Shown here: one piece after another, positions 19,511 through 41,482 of the stretch
How the letters are laid out: the number at the start of each line of letters is the position of its first letter
How positions within the stretch are numbered: the stretch's first letter is position 1
DNA from: Zygnema circumcarinatum SAG 698-1b
Taxonomy: Eukaryota > Plantae > Zygnematophyceae
Assembly (NCBI GenBank): GCA_037447605.1
Contig: CM074820.1
Location: forward strand, 124,001-188,000
Direction: 5' to 3'
Length of the DNA stretch: 64,000 nt
Position numbers and translations under genes: made by a program
The notes under the pieces: generated by a model
What the model was told of the DNA's origin: nothing
Seen by the model: the letters and a program-made list of their open reading frames with translations, nothing else
Database searches by the model: none

Positions 19511-19556
19511 CCCTAACCCTAACCCTAACCCTAACCCTAACCCTAACCCTAACCCT
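19511..19556 (+). repeat. (CCCTAA)7 telomere-like repeat 14 bp before the nucleoside hydrolase ATG
   Basis: Read directly; ATG at 19571. Confidence 0.95.
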
Positions 19557-19570
19557 GAAGGAGTCCCGCC

Positions 19571-21706
19571 ATGGAGTCCGGCGCCCCTCCAAGAGCGAGC
19601 CTTGTGTGGGTGGACGTGGACGCCGGCCTGGACGACGCACAGGGCCTCCTCCTGCTCGTGGCGTGGCTCAAGGACCACCCGCACGCCACGCTGGCCGGCA
19701 TCTCCTGCGTCTCTGGGAACGTGGGAGTGCAGCAGGTGGCGCTGAACGTGCGGAAGGTGCTGCAGCTGGCTCGCGCTGAGGAGAGAATTCCGCTCTATCT
19801 TGGAAGCTCGAGGCCGCTCGTTCAGCCCTTAGCTCCTCCTACTTGTGTAAGCCTCGTGAATGCGTCTCTTCCCTTTTTTCCTACTCAGTTCTTGGATCCT
19901 GCCCTCTTCTTCACCTCACCTTCGTCTCTCCCTTCCTGAATCGCTGATGCACAATGGCTTGTTCAAACGGTAAGAGACTGATCATAGAGTCGTGAGGTAA
20001 AGTGACCTCCTGCTACGCTTAACTACTGAGACTGAATATTCCCTGGTCCCTGGTCAACTGCGCTCCACTTACGTCGCAGTACTTTGGCAGTGATGGACTG
20101 GGAGATGTGGACATGGAATCCCTTCATTTGGAGCCGTTCGATAATGAAAAGTTTGTACCAAGAAATGGGCATGCTTCCGTTCACTTGGTAGCATGTGCAC
20201 GGGAGCACAAAAATTCCCTGACAGTGATCGCCACTGGTCCACTGGTATGCATAGTCTCTACTCCCAAAATCTGCCCAGCAGCGCTGTCAGCTTCATCCAA
20301 AGAATGTGCATGCCGTAGCGTGAATTTCAATGAACAAAGTAGGGGGCTGTCTGTGTGTAATGCACTACTGAGCAAAAGATGTCATTTGAGGTGCTTTCAT
20401 GCTCTCTCAGTGAAGCTATCATTTATCCAAAGTTTTAGCATCTTTTGCAACTTCGCAGACAAACATAGCATTGGCATGTCGACTCGATGACGAGTTTCCC
20501 CAGTTAGTGGATCGTGTATGCATTATGGGCGGAAGCGTTGATTCCAAAGCTAATCCGGAGTTTAACTTCAGCCTAGATCCGGAGGTGAGACGATCGGGGC
20601 TTTTGTTAAGGGTGCGGCCTTTTGGAGTTTATTGTATGAAGGTCTTTAGTCACACTCTTTGTTCCCTGGAGGATTGGAGTGGTCTGAAAGCATGCACTCT
20701 TCTCAGAATTTGATGAAACATGCTGACCGCAATTCCCCCCCCCATATATTGCTTCCCGTGGTTGTTGGAACTGCAGCAATTGCTTGCAACTAACAAATGG
20801 AATTTTGGGCGCGCCAGGCCGCTCATATATGTTTGGATAGTTTTCCTCTTGTGACACTTGTCACTTGGGAGTGCGGTATTGCGAATGCTCTTTCCTGGGA
20901 CTGGTTCTACCAATGGCTGGCTGCCAGCTCACCACAGGTACGTGTGTCTCACAGGTTCGATCCTGCTGCCCTTTTGTGTTGCTATGCCTCTCATCTTTAA
21001 CCATCACGAATGTGAGTGAAAGCCCCTTGTCAAGGGCTGCACGACCGCTCAGTATTGCTCAGTCCCAGGAAAATGCAGCCCCTTGCGTACTTAAATTGAG
21101 AATTTTCGTTTTGGTTCTTTGTTTCCTGGCCTTGGCATGTAGTAGGCTGTCTTCATGATGACGGCTTGCAGAGACAGTGCTGCAAGTGCTGAAGCGGATG
21201 GCTACAGCGGGTATGTGACATGTGACGCATTGGCCTTCGCGGTCTGTCTGAACCCGGCCTTAATCAGCTCTGCCTCTCAAGTGAAAGGAGAAGTCCTCAT
21301 CAGCTCCGATAAAGGGGCTTCCGGGCGTCTTGTGACATCTAAACCGCTTGATGGGAAGGTGAGTTCTTGATCGGAGGGTCAGATTGGATTTGCTTTAATG
21401 GGCACAGGCAGGAATATAGTGATAAAAAATTCTATGCTCAGAGGACGATGCCGGTTCCATGCTAGTGGTGATGTTCAATGTAGCTGCTTGTATTTTTTCA
21501 AAAAATCTCAACTATTTGTAGGGTTTCTTGTGCACGCTGCTTCATTCCCATATGGAAATTTGTCGAAGCTCGAGTTATGGGCTACAGGGCACCATTTTGA
21601 AGGTTTGAGGAGGCCTCGTCGTGTGCAGGCGAACGTGGTTTTGGTGGAGAAAGTGGAGATGGCAGGCCTGCTCCGCCTTCTGACAGCGGCCTTTGGCGGC
21701 TCTTAG
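19571..21706 (+). CDS. Inosine-uridine preferring nucleoside hydrolase family protein
   Basis: DVDAGLDD (DxDxxxDD), SGNV, YFGSDGLGD, ATGPL/TNIALA, MGG..EFNFSLDPE/AAH, TCDALAFAV, ends AAFGGS*. Confidence 0.9.
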
Positions 21707-22151
21707 CACGGTTTGGGGCATAACTTATGAAGGGACGGCCTGCAGAATGGGATGCAGGAAATATTCCGAGTTGGAAGGTGGTACACATCTTGGGGGTGTA
21801 CAGGATGGGACCAAGTGTCTATAAAAAACAGTGAAAAAATCGTTGTACATTTCAGGGGAGTGAAACATAGCTCCAAGTTTCCTTTAATCTACGGCAAAAC
21901 TACTCGGCTAAAATTCCTTGCCTAATAACGTCACTGCCTGCCAGTCCAGGACACCGCATCTTCAGTTCATCCGAAACATCACGTCCCATGTGAATATGAG
22001 ACCGCAGGTCTTCGTTGTGCATTAAGAATATGCGTACGTTAAACTCTTACCTGAAAAAAACTACTGGGAGGTGAGCTGTTTCATCTCTACCTACCTTTTT
22101 ACCATTTGTCGCAACCATACCAAATTACAGTACTGTTGAAATTGAACATAT

Positions 22152-25100
22152 TCACGGAATTGGAAGCTCGCCTGCAGAGCACGCCACATCCTCCGTGGCT
22201 CTCTGGCTTGCACCAGTCGCCTCGTCAATGTCACCTGGAGAATCTTGGGCAGCACACATTGTGTCGAGACCTCTCACAAGATCCACAAGGCCTCTTCTTG
22301 AGCATGTGCTGGAATGGGGGTCTTCTTCCATGGAGGGAAGCTCCTGCAGCCATGGCTGCTGCGGCCCCATGACAGCATGCAGCAGGCGGTCAAGCTCTCC
22401 CCTTTTGACCATGTCCATGATGAGGCCAGAAACATCCGACATCTGTGCCAATACAACACTTGTGATATGAGAAATTGCAGCGGGAAACAGAAAGTCAACA
22501 TGCAAAAGCCATTCACAGAGGCTAGGAGAGTGTGAACCCCTACCGCCTGCCCCCTCAAATTGACAGGTTATGAAAACACCCTGCTTACCTGCAAGGGAGA
22601 GTTCGATGCTAAACTGAGCTCCAACTCCACAAGCTGTCTCCCCCGAACTGCCTCCTCTTTTGGACATTTCAGCCACAGCCTGACGTCTCCCCCCGCATCC
22701 TCCAGCTCCTCCCACCTCTCGCTTTGCTCCCCCTCCTCCCCTTCTCTCTGCTTGAAAAATCCTGAGCTTTCAACACGAGTAAACTGCATACTCTCCCCTT
22801 CTAGGGCTAAGTCGGATCCTTCGTTAGAGGCCTCAATCCCCCCTGGTTTCCATGCGCTTCCTCCTGATGGACTCTCGGCACTTGGTGGCGACACTTCCTC
22901 CGAACTCTGTGGAGAAGTACTAAACTCTGATTCTTCATCAAATGATGGAGAATCGTTTGGCTTACTGCTAAATGAGATGCTGCTGTAGAGCTTTCTTCGA
23001 AGAATTAGGCCTGCTTTATGACTGATCATGAAAGTAGGAATTTGCACTTCAGCACCATTCACATCTGGGCCCATCACAAGAACGCTGTTGTCTGGATTCG
23101 TGTTCACGACCACCACGCCGATAGCTCCGGCTGCCTAAAAAAATCATAAGAAAACATTTTTAGTGAATGAGGCCGCTGAGATTACACTCTTCCTTATTTT
23201 TTTGCGCATGTTCACTAGTTTGTCCAATCCTGCCGGTCTCATGCGCCTGAACCTTAGAGTTGCTTAGACTTATTCAAGATTTTTATGTCGTTCAGATTCC
23301 AGGCTTCATTTTCAGATGCTATGTGGTTGCAAGACTGGAAACCTTCACATCTTGATCTTTCCGTTTTCAGGGTTGTGAATCTTGCCGTCCAAACGACAAA
23401 GGGAGAGGGGTGAGATCCGACACGTGTGTGTGTGTGTGTGTGAGAGGGAGCGAGAGAGAGTGAGAGAGAGAGAGGGGGGGGGATGGCGAGAGAGATAGAG
23501 AGAGAGCACCTGTGCTCGGAGGGCTTTGCTTGTAAAGGAACATCCGCCACGCTCAACAACTGCCAAGCTGTTAGCTATGGCTTCCGCATTCTTCATGTCA
23601 GCGCACGCATCCAACGGCTGAGATTCCACAGCCCGCCCCGCAAGGTGCAGCCCTTCCTTGAGAGACGGGCCAAAAAGGGCGTGGCCTGCTATATACTCCT
23701 CGGAGCTCCCTCTTATTTGGACCGAGCAGCCTCTCGCATGCGGGTCGTCATTGACTTCAGGAGAGACTTTCAACAGACACAAGCAGAAAAACAAGAGGTG
23801 TCAATTGCACGGGAAGCGCAAACATGTTGCCCATCCAGCCACTTGCTTTCTCGCTGAACATCCACTGGTGGATATCGAAAACAAGATTGAGCTTCTACAC
23901 AGAGGGCAGTGAAGGTGCGACCTCAAGTTCTTGCTGCAGAGAGTGATGCAGAGAGAGGGAGAGGGAGGGGGAGGAGAGAGGGAGGAAGGGGAGAAGGTAA
24001 AAGAGTGAGAGGAGGGCGAGGAGAGGAGAGAGGGTAAGGGAGATGGGGGGAGATGGAGGAAATGAGAGAAGGGGAGGAGAGAGAGCGATGAGAGAGAGAA
24101 GGGAGAAGAGGGACGGGGGCCGCGAGGCGGGGCGAGGGGGGAGAGGGAATGAGCGGGAGTACCAAGAAGGAACTGCACTCGCGCAACAGGGCGGCGAGGG
24201 TCAGACTCAGTTGGCACCCCAATGGTCCACCCCCTACAGATTCCTCGGCCCTGCTCGTCCCCCCCCAGGACGCAGGCCATAGACCGCCCCCTTGCAGTTC
24301 CGCTCAGCCTCCCCACTATCTCACCAGGTGCAATCTGCAGCCTTCCCTGTGCGCTCAGCCTCTCCACAATGCTCCGTACATCCTCTGCCAGCCCCTCCCT
24401 TCCTCCATCTTGCCCTTCCCCTCTTTCAGCTGCAGTTGAGATGCTCTCAGAAAGGAGAGCTGCAACGGCTTCTTTTGCAGCCATACGCCTTCTGCGGAGT
24501 GTCGGGTCAATGAAGGAACCGAGGGACGGCAGTTTTGAAGGGTTTGATTGAGCCTCGAGGTCTCCAGGTTCTTGTTCTCCGTTTCGAGTTGAGTTAGCAA
24601 CCTTGTCTTTCTCCTGGGGGTTATCTTCAACTCCCTCTTGCTCTAAATCTTCCTTCTCCACATGCAATGCTTCGCTCACGGAAGGCTGAATATTGTTTTG
24701 GGGCTCAGAATGAGTTCCTATGGGGATAGGTCTTGCTGGGGGTTGGGAAGTCACTACGCAGGTTGTGTTCTGGCCAGAGGACGTGCAGTGTCCATAGAAG
24801 GAGGAGGAGAGAGAGAGGGGATAGAGATGACCCTCAGTGGAAAAAATGTAGCGCTCTGCAATATCCACTTGAGGAGCAAAAAGAAGATAGAGATACCTGT
24901 GCCCAGCAGTACAAAAAAGAAAAGCAATTACAGCGTTCGTTTAGATAATGAGACCTATGGTGGACGACGATTGCAACAACAAATGTCCAAATTTGTGCTT
25001 CAATTAACAGCGGGCGTGCAGAGAGTCAGGTGTATGTACTTGAGAGTCTCTGCAAGAAAGAAGCTTTCCATGTGGTCATCCAATTGGCCCGTAGTCACAT

Positions 25101-28100
25101 CTTGCACACTTGCAAACCCACATTCTGCAAGTTCCCGGCCATAACATGAACGAGTCCGATAAAAGTTCTTGATGGGGCCGGAAAAAAACGTCTATGTATG
25201 TGTTCGGTCCAAAAGCCCGAACACATACATAGACGTGTGCATTGAAGAGTGTCAAGACGTTCATCAATTACATAGTAGTGTTTGAGTTATCAAGCTCTGT
25301 ACTATTAAAAAGACCAACTCCATTCATGTTGCTCTATCAAAGGTAAACCTTGAAAGACAGTCTCCGAACATGACCCCAATGAATGCCAGTGTTCACACCA
25401 GGAAGGGAAATGTTTTTTTTTTTTCCACTTGAGATATGAAGCACCTGTTCTTGTGCGCTGCTGAAGAGCATTCACCATAGAACGACCAATTTCCAAATAT
25501 TTGAAACTTCCTGTGGCCTGAGCTCCGCCCCCTACACCACAAAGGATTTTTCTCTCAAGAACTCACGTTTGATCCGAAGATTGATCAATCGCCCATTAGC
25601 TGCACTTTTATGACTGCTTGTTGATGTTAAAGAGACCAAGAAAAACTTGAACTTTCCGCCTTTCTAGGGTATTAGAGATGGAAACAAGCAGACCTTGTAA
25701 AGTAAGAAGGTGCTTTCAGCCATTTCCGGTCGCAAAGGATACCCTTTTTCTCTGGAAAAATGCGAACACCAATAAGAGATACGCAAAATAAAATAGAAGC
25801 AAAAAGGAAACACATGCAGCACAAGCTGAACATACTCCTGCAACGTAGACGATGTTTCCTACTTGGTGTTCTGCACGATTCTGTCGAGCAAAGAACGCAC
25901 ATATCTTTTTCAAGCTTCAGAAGCGAGAACTGATATTCTCCATGCATAGTCCTAAACTAACGAATTACGAATTGGCAGAAGAGGAGTGTCCGAAAAAGCT
26001 TACAGAGGATGCACCTGCGTGGCCAACAGGTTGAATAGCTCGGGCAGAAAAGTGAACTTCTCCCACGCTGCCCAAAACTGTTCATGGAGCGCAGCCGCCG
26101 ACTGCACATCTCCCACCAGCACCTGCAAAATACTCCGCTTTTGAGTAAAACTGCTCCAGAAAAGGTGAGATGTTTCGTGGAGCCAAGAAATGGTTATCAC
26201 ACATGAATCAAGTATATCAGTTTACCACTCAACTGTACAACCTTTACAACTTGCCGCCATCAGACGACCGATTTTCGTTATAGAATGAATGATACGCCGA
26301 ATCAGACGCAAGGGACACAGTGAGGAACAAAACGAAACAGAACAGGACGTGACCGGACAAAAGCGTGAACTGGACGGCACGGAACAGGCCAAGAACGAGA
26401 GAGGCCCACGTGGCAGAAAACTCTGTTCGTACTATAGCCCCTACTTTCCCAACGAGCTACATAGAAGGGAGCCGAGTCATAGAGAGGTCGCACGCAAACT
26501 CCTGCGAGCAGAGAGGGCCCCTCACCTGCATGCCTGGCCAGAAGGCCTGCAGAGAGGCCACCCATGGGCGGGAGAGGCGGCCTGTGTCCATGCTCACATC
26601 AAGAAGCCATGCAATTCTCCGCTCAGCACCAGCTCGCAAATGCTGCATAGCTGCCACATATGTCTGCACAAGTTCAAAAACCACAATACGTACAACTTTA
26701 AAAACATCATAAGGACACATTGACGATAAGGACGATAGGAAGATAAGGAGGATAAGGAGGTTTTTTGAAGATAAGGAGGATAAGGAGGTTTTTTGAAGAA
26801 AAGGACAGGGCCAGGAAGCAGGAGCAAGAGGGAGGCTCCTACACTAACGATTTCAGATTTTCAGGTTTCTTGGAAGGGTTCTAAGTTCTTTGATTTATGG
26901 CGTTTCCGCTAGTGATCGTGAGAGGGAGTGAGAGAAGAAGCCCACCGTTGTGAACATGGAAAGGAGTTCCGAGTCCCCCAACAGCAGGTAAGACTTCAGG
27001 AGGTACTGCATGCCCAAATCCAGTCCCTGCTTTAGCCTTTTTGTACCCAGAAACTTCGCACAGCCAAACTCCCCTGTAAACTACGAAAGACAAATTAAAC
27101 TTTCAAATTCCACACTACCATCATCTCCAGCTCCACATTCTACAGTGGGTTTACACAGTTAGTTAACCCTTACGAAATATTACTACAGTCTGACGTTTAA
27201 CACGACATACTTCATAAAAGGAGTCGATGCCGGGTCCGGCGCCACTGTCACGTTGTATCCAGATACCTGCTTCCGGTGCAACTTCACCATAATAATCAGC
27301 AACTCTTGAAAGCATCTCTCCTATAATATGGAGTATTTATTCAAAAATTACTACAGAAATATTATTGGATAGCGTCCAACTCTTTTCCCTATATCTCAAC
27401 TAATAATTGCTCGAAAGTTCTCTGGCTTTACATCAGGAGCAGCTGCATGTAAGAGCTTACAACAGTAGGGCAAGAGAAGAGAATCGGAGTGTCTCTGCTG
27501 TTTCAAGGGTTTCGAAAGGTTTGAGAGGATGCAGTTCTTTACCAGAGTTGCAGTCAATAGTATTTCCAAGCAAGCCCAAACGTGATCGTCTCCCATATAG
27601 GGCAACCACAGCAGCTTTGGCGCTTTCCTGTACTCATTTACACCCCGACGTTTCATTTTTTTTTTTCCGTGGTTCAAATTCGCTCTCTTGCAAAACTCTT
27701 ACACTGAAGCGACAATCTCGTGACAAGATATTCAAGGACTTGCAACCGTTTACAATGCATATGAGCTGCTCCTCACTGACTCTTTTACCAAAGTGAGAGA
27801 CGCACCCTGCCTCCCTCCTACCTCAAATATGGGCTGCCCGGAAAGTCGGCTGAGGAGGCCAAATTCGAGGAGCAGGGTTCCGGCTCCAGCAGTGCACGTG
27901 TGGGTGACGTCACCAGGGATGACCCCATGCCTCAGGTTCACCTGCTCGCATATAAGAACGCAAAGCCGAAAAAAATCACGTATCGACAGAAAAAAAATGC
28001 ATTATCATGCTCACTTTTTCTTCCCATCATACTTCATTTGGGCAGTGAGACCGGTCAAAGGGGGAAGGGGAGAAAGAGGACAGAAGAGAGAGATAAGAAG

Positions 28101-29786
28101 GAGAGAAAGAAACAAGAAGAGAGTGGATTGGTAGAACTCAGTAAAATGCCCTGTAAAACTTACCCATGCATATGGCAGATTCGTTATTGTCGTAAATGCA
28201 GGAAGCAGCCTGTTCAGCGGCCAAACAAGCACTAGAAATTTCTCATTTCACACTCAAAACATCAAGATTGCTTCAAGTTTTGCAAACTTGCTCCTTTCTC
28301 AAGCACTATTCAGGTTTTACTAATGTACTCACTCTCAAGTACTCGCAGAAGTACAGCAATAAATGATGAATACAGCTGACACTGAATGCGAGAAGAATTA
28401 GCATGTAAGGGTCCTACCTGTAGCCTAGGTCTAAAGCATGGCGGAGCAACTCCCCCTTGTAATTGGGAACAAGCTCAATTCCTTCTAATTTTGGATTCAG
28501 CACTGGGTCCTTGGGTACAAATTGGCGGCTCTGTTCAATCAGCACGTGGGCTGACAAAAGACCTCCAAGCGCTCTTATGGATGCCTCGAATACATTTCTG
28601 CGAAGAGCCATTCAAACTGCAGTGCTTCATCCCAGACACGCTCCTCCCTCTCTCGCTCTCTCCCGTTCACCCTCGTGTGTCCGCCGTATGCACGTTCAAA
28701 CATACATCTACCTTCGAGAAAAACTACGAATGCGAGCGTGCAGAAAATGAAGTTAAATATTTTTTTGATCCTATACAAAGTGATGTGCGCATTGCATTGT
28801 TTTCAAGGGATCGAAATACTGGTATGTCTTGATTTCTTTCCTTTCTCTCCCCTATTCCCCATTCAGATCTGTTCTCTCCACCGACATCCTCTCGTCGCCA
28901 CTCCTCTTACTCACATGCGAATGTCGAGATCGAACGTGAGGTTGTGCCGCAACCATTCAACTGCCCGGTTGAACTCGGTGGCGTTTCCCATGACCTGCCC
29001 AAGGTCAAGCTGTCGCGATTCCTCAAATGTACAAATTGAGGATGCAGGACTTGTTCGATAACTGCCTTTTAGCATATTTGACTAACCATTTCAATCAGCA
29101 TGACAACATTGCCTACTGGACACCATGCACAAAAGACAATCGGAGGAATGGCAGAGTTTCATAAAAATCTCACCAAAAGTGTGTCAAGAGAATCTATCAG
29201 AGTCATTGGCATGCCCCCGTACGTATTGATTCCAGTACAGCTGTAAAAATGCAGCCGCCAATTTTGATCAGCTTCATGCCAGAAATACTAATTGGCTCCT
29301 TACTAATTCCCAGCAATCAAAATGTTCACAAAAGACTCGAAAAGTCTCTACTTGCGTATGGACAGTGATGAAGCAGGCCTCTTTACCTGAGAGGGCGAAG
29401 TTCATCCATTGGGAAAGCACGTTCTATGAAGCCATTGTACGCATGTGAAAACATTTCCTCCACTTCCAACCTGGCGGTCCACATTCCGACTCACGACCGA
29501 GTGATCAACACAGACTGATGAGGGATCACTTTGCCCATGATGAATGTAAGGGAGGGGGAGGAAAGAGACGGAATTGCTTTGATCTCATAGAGTTGTTGCT
29601 GCTGCTTTACCTGGACTTCTCCACCTCCTGCTGGGTCCACTTTTGTCCTAGGACAGCGTCAGAGTCTGGCTCCCCCTCCAGAGGCGAAGGCATGCTGCAG
29701 AGCGCGGCCACGGCGAGCAGCAGGGCGAGGCCGCGCAGCGCCACCTCGTGCAGCCTCCTGCCCGGCGGCCATGAGAGCGCATCCAT
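22152..29786 (-). CDS. EDEM-type GH47 alpha-1,2-mannosidase with C-terminal PA domain (multi-exon)
   Basis: Signal/anchor, [83 protein letters not shown] motif [30 protein letters not shown]; some internal exon bounds not resolved. Confidence 0.88.
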
Positions 29787-30107
29787 GGCGCCTGAACGCG
29801 CTCCCTTGGAGAGCGCGGCCTGGCGTCCTCTCTCCCGCTTCAAGTCTCCATGCTCGCAGCTGCGCCCAACGCTTAACGGTAACTTTGCGCACGGAACGGT
29901 GCGGTGCTTCCACGCGGTTGCCGCACACCGCAAGTGCTGAACCATCTGCCACCTCAACATCTAGTCAGCACAAATCCAATCAGATTACGCCACGTATAAC
30001 GAGTGAGTGCCACGTAGTCCTATACAGTTTGCTGGGAAAAACCCGCACGACGACCCCTGAAAGGCATTTCATGAGCTCACAGACCAGGAAGGAAAGCTTT
30101 TGGAGCC

Positions 30108-31047
30108 ATGGCGGCAGTTCTGGCCAGCAGCTTGTCTCCCGTTCTCATTAATTCGCAGCCTTATACTGCTTATAATGTCACTCAGAAGCTTCAAAAACAG
30201 CAGACGAGGCTACTACGTCTGCCCGCTCAAAGAAACGCGCTGGCATTTCGGCTGAGCATAGCAAAGGTGGATGGCGTCGTGGAGCCAACACTCTGTTCGT
30301 GTAGAAGCGACAGGAGCGCTGAGGCAGTAGATGCTGCGGAAAGCAACGCCGCGACCCATAGAAATCTGCTCTTGAGTTCGCCAGTTGTAGTACTTTCAAG
30401 CATTGGCGCAGCCGCAGTTGCAAGGGCTGAAGTGGGAGACTTTGAAGGGGCCCCTGTACCTGTGGATTCTTCAGACGCGGCCGTCAATATCGCCATTTCT
30501 GTGCTGCTCACATCTGCTTTTGTTGGCCTCATTGTGCTAACTGCAGGGGTAAGTCCCTATGGCTGCTTACAACACTCGTATTTCTGGAGCTTTGGTTGTT
30601 CTCAATTGAACTGCACCCTTTTAGTGCTTTAGGGTTGTCATGTTTAGCAGAAATAAGCGTCAGCTGTGCATATACTGCAGGTACTGAAGTTCGTAATGTG
30701 ACTACAATTGGTTCAGCATTATATGGTGCTCACATCTCTAGAATGCATCCAGCTGCACTTCACTGCATTAGACTGCTGCCTGTATGCATCACGAAGAGGC
30801 AACTTCAGATTTTCAGGGCTCTTGATCATATCTCAGCAGGGCTTGGGTTTGAAGAGAAACGTTTAACCGTCGCACTGTTGTCGTAATTGGGCAGGTTATT
30901 TACTTGGCGTACACTGATTGGAGAGACAAGCGTGAATTGGAAGCGGAAGCAAACCCACCCACAATATCTGAGACAGAACCACCCAAGCCAAAGAAGGTTC
31001 GTCTTGGCCCCAAAGGCTTTGGTGGTGACATTGATCGAAGTAAATGA
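30108..31047 (+). CDS. Small plastid-targeted single-pass membrane protein of unknown function (2 exons: 30108-30548, 30895-31047)
   Basis: Ser/Ala/basic transit-like N-terminus; hydrophobic span ISVLLTSAFVGLIVLTAG/VIYLAY crosses an in-phase GT-AG intron; C-terminal GPKGFG. Confidence 0.75.
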
Positions 31048-31842
31048 AAGACCTGTGTTGAGGTCATGAAGCTGCTGCCCAGCAATATCGAGATTTGTGG
31101 CGATTGCCACTCAGTCCGACAGTTCATCTCGAATAAAGGAGTAGAGAGGGAGTTAGGGAAGACGACGAAGACAGACAAAAGTTGGTGAAGGGAGTGGAGA
31201 AGTACGGAAGGGGAAAGGAAGAAATAGAGGAAGAGTTAGAGATTGGAGGGAGAAATTAAGGATTGCCGGGAGGTGAAATGAGTGGGACAAAGGAGAGAAG
31301 GAGATTGAGGAGAATATAATCATTTAAGGTTAGAGTTTGCAACAAGAGTCATACTCGGTTGGCTTGGGGAATACCCTCTGGCCAGTCCCCCACAAAGACT
31401 ATAGCATAACCCAGTTTTGATAGATTGTTCCATCCATTTCTCTCATGTGGACATCACCATTTTTCTGCAAAAAGAGAATCATATAGTTACTTGTACTTTA
31501 TGCTGGCACTCTTATGACTTACATGTATTCCGAGACATACAATTGCAGAAACTGTACCGTATCCCTTGAACTTGCACTGTCAGCTTTCCTTTTCTGCTAA
31601 AACAACCTATGCAGAGGCGTTAACCCTTACAACAATGGACCCTCCTCACCTTCGGCTACGCTTCATGTCTAGCTTTCGAGTGTGAATATATTAACGAAAG
31701 GCTCGAGCCTAACAATCTTACCATCTGCAACTGCAAATTAAAAATTTGTCCTACACTTGCGATGCCTTACGTATCCAATTACACATACTCGGCCTACTCT
31801 TTATCCTTACATAGGCAAACCTAAGCAATAAATTAGGGCCAC

Positions 31843-36398
<4,556 letters not shown>

Positions 36399-36441
36399 CT
36401 AAAGGCGCCTCTGCAGCTGGAGGGCGGATGGGCCGCAGTCC

Positions 36442-36664
36442 CACGTGGCAGGGCAACTGCCCAAGGGCAGAAATAAAATGTTTCCGACGAATGAAAGCAG
36501 CCGTGAGCCGCTGGGCGCCACACGGTCATAAGTTTTTCGGCTGTAGGCACCGTTCAGGCTGCGTCGCGTGGCTGGACATCAGCCGTCGGATCGAAAGGAG
36601 GGGGTTGCGGCATGGATCCTCGCTTTTGAGTGGTCCACGTGGCGGACGAGTGGATGGCCACGTA
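36442..36664. promoter_or_regulatory. G-box cluster upstream of PDS
   Basis: CCACGTGGC at 36441 and 36635 and GCCACGTA near 36657, 115-340 bp from the PDS ATG. Confidence 0.55.
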
Positions 36665-36945
36665 GGCAGCTTTTCTTTGGCGGATGATGAAGGCTGGTTT
36701 TGGCCGTACGAACAACAACGGTACGGACTGTAGGTCGTTGGGCATGCCTCCATCCATGCCCATGCCCATGCCCATGCCGATGGTCATGCCCATGGTCAAT
36801 TTCTCCACTGACTATGGAGATGGAGGCGATGGAGAAAATGGAGCCTTGGCATGCATGATCATGTGGATCATATGATGGGGCCCTCATGAGGCTATGCGCA
36901 TGGGTGAGGGGAGATGATCACATGATGGGCCTCCCATGAGGCCAT

Positions 36946-37026
36946 GAGGCCATGGGGCCTTGGGGCCATGAGGCCATGGGGCCTTGGGGCCATGAGGCCA
37001 TGGGGCCTTGGGGCCATGAGGCCATG
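36946..37026. repeat. 24 bp tandem repeat GAGGCCATGGGGCCTTGGGGCCAT x3.4
   Basis: Units at 36946, 36970 and 36994, partial at 37018. Confidence 0.92.
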
Positions 37027-37145
37027 CCCATGGGCATGGATGAGGGGAGGGAGGGGTGTGGAGGATCGTTGAGGCGATTGAAGCCTTAGAGCCTGAAGGG
37101 GGAGGACGGCGGGGAGGTGCCTGCTCTATGACATATGTATGATAT

Positions 37146-41482
<4,337 letters not shown>

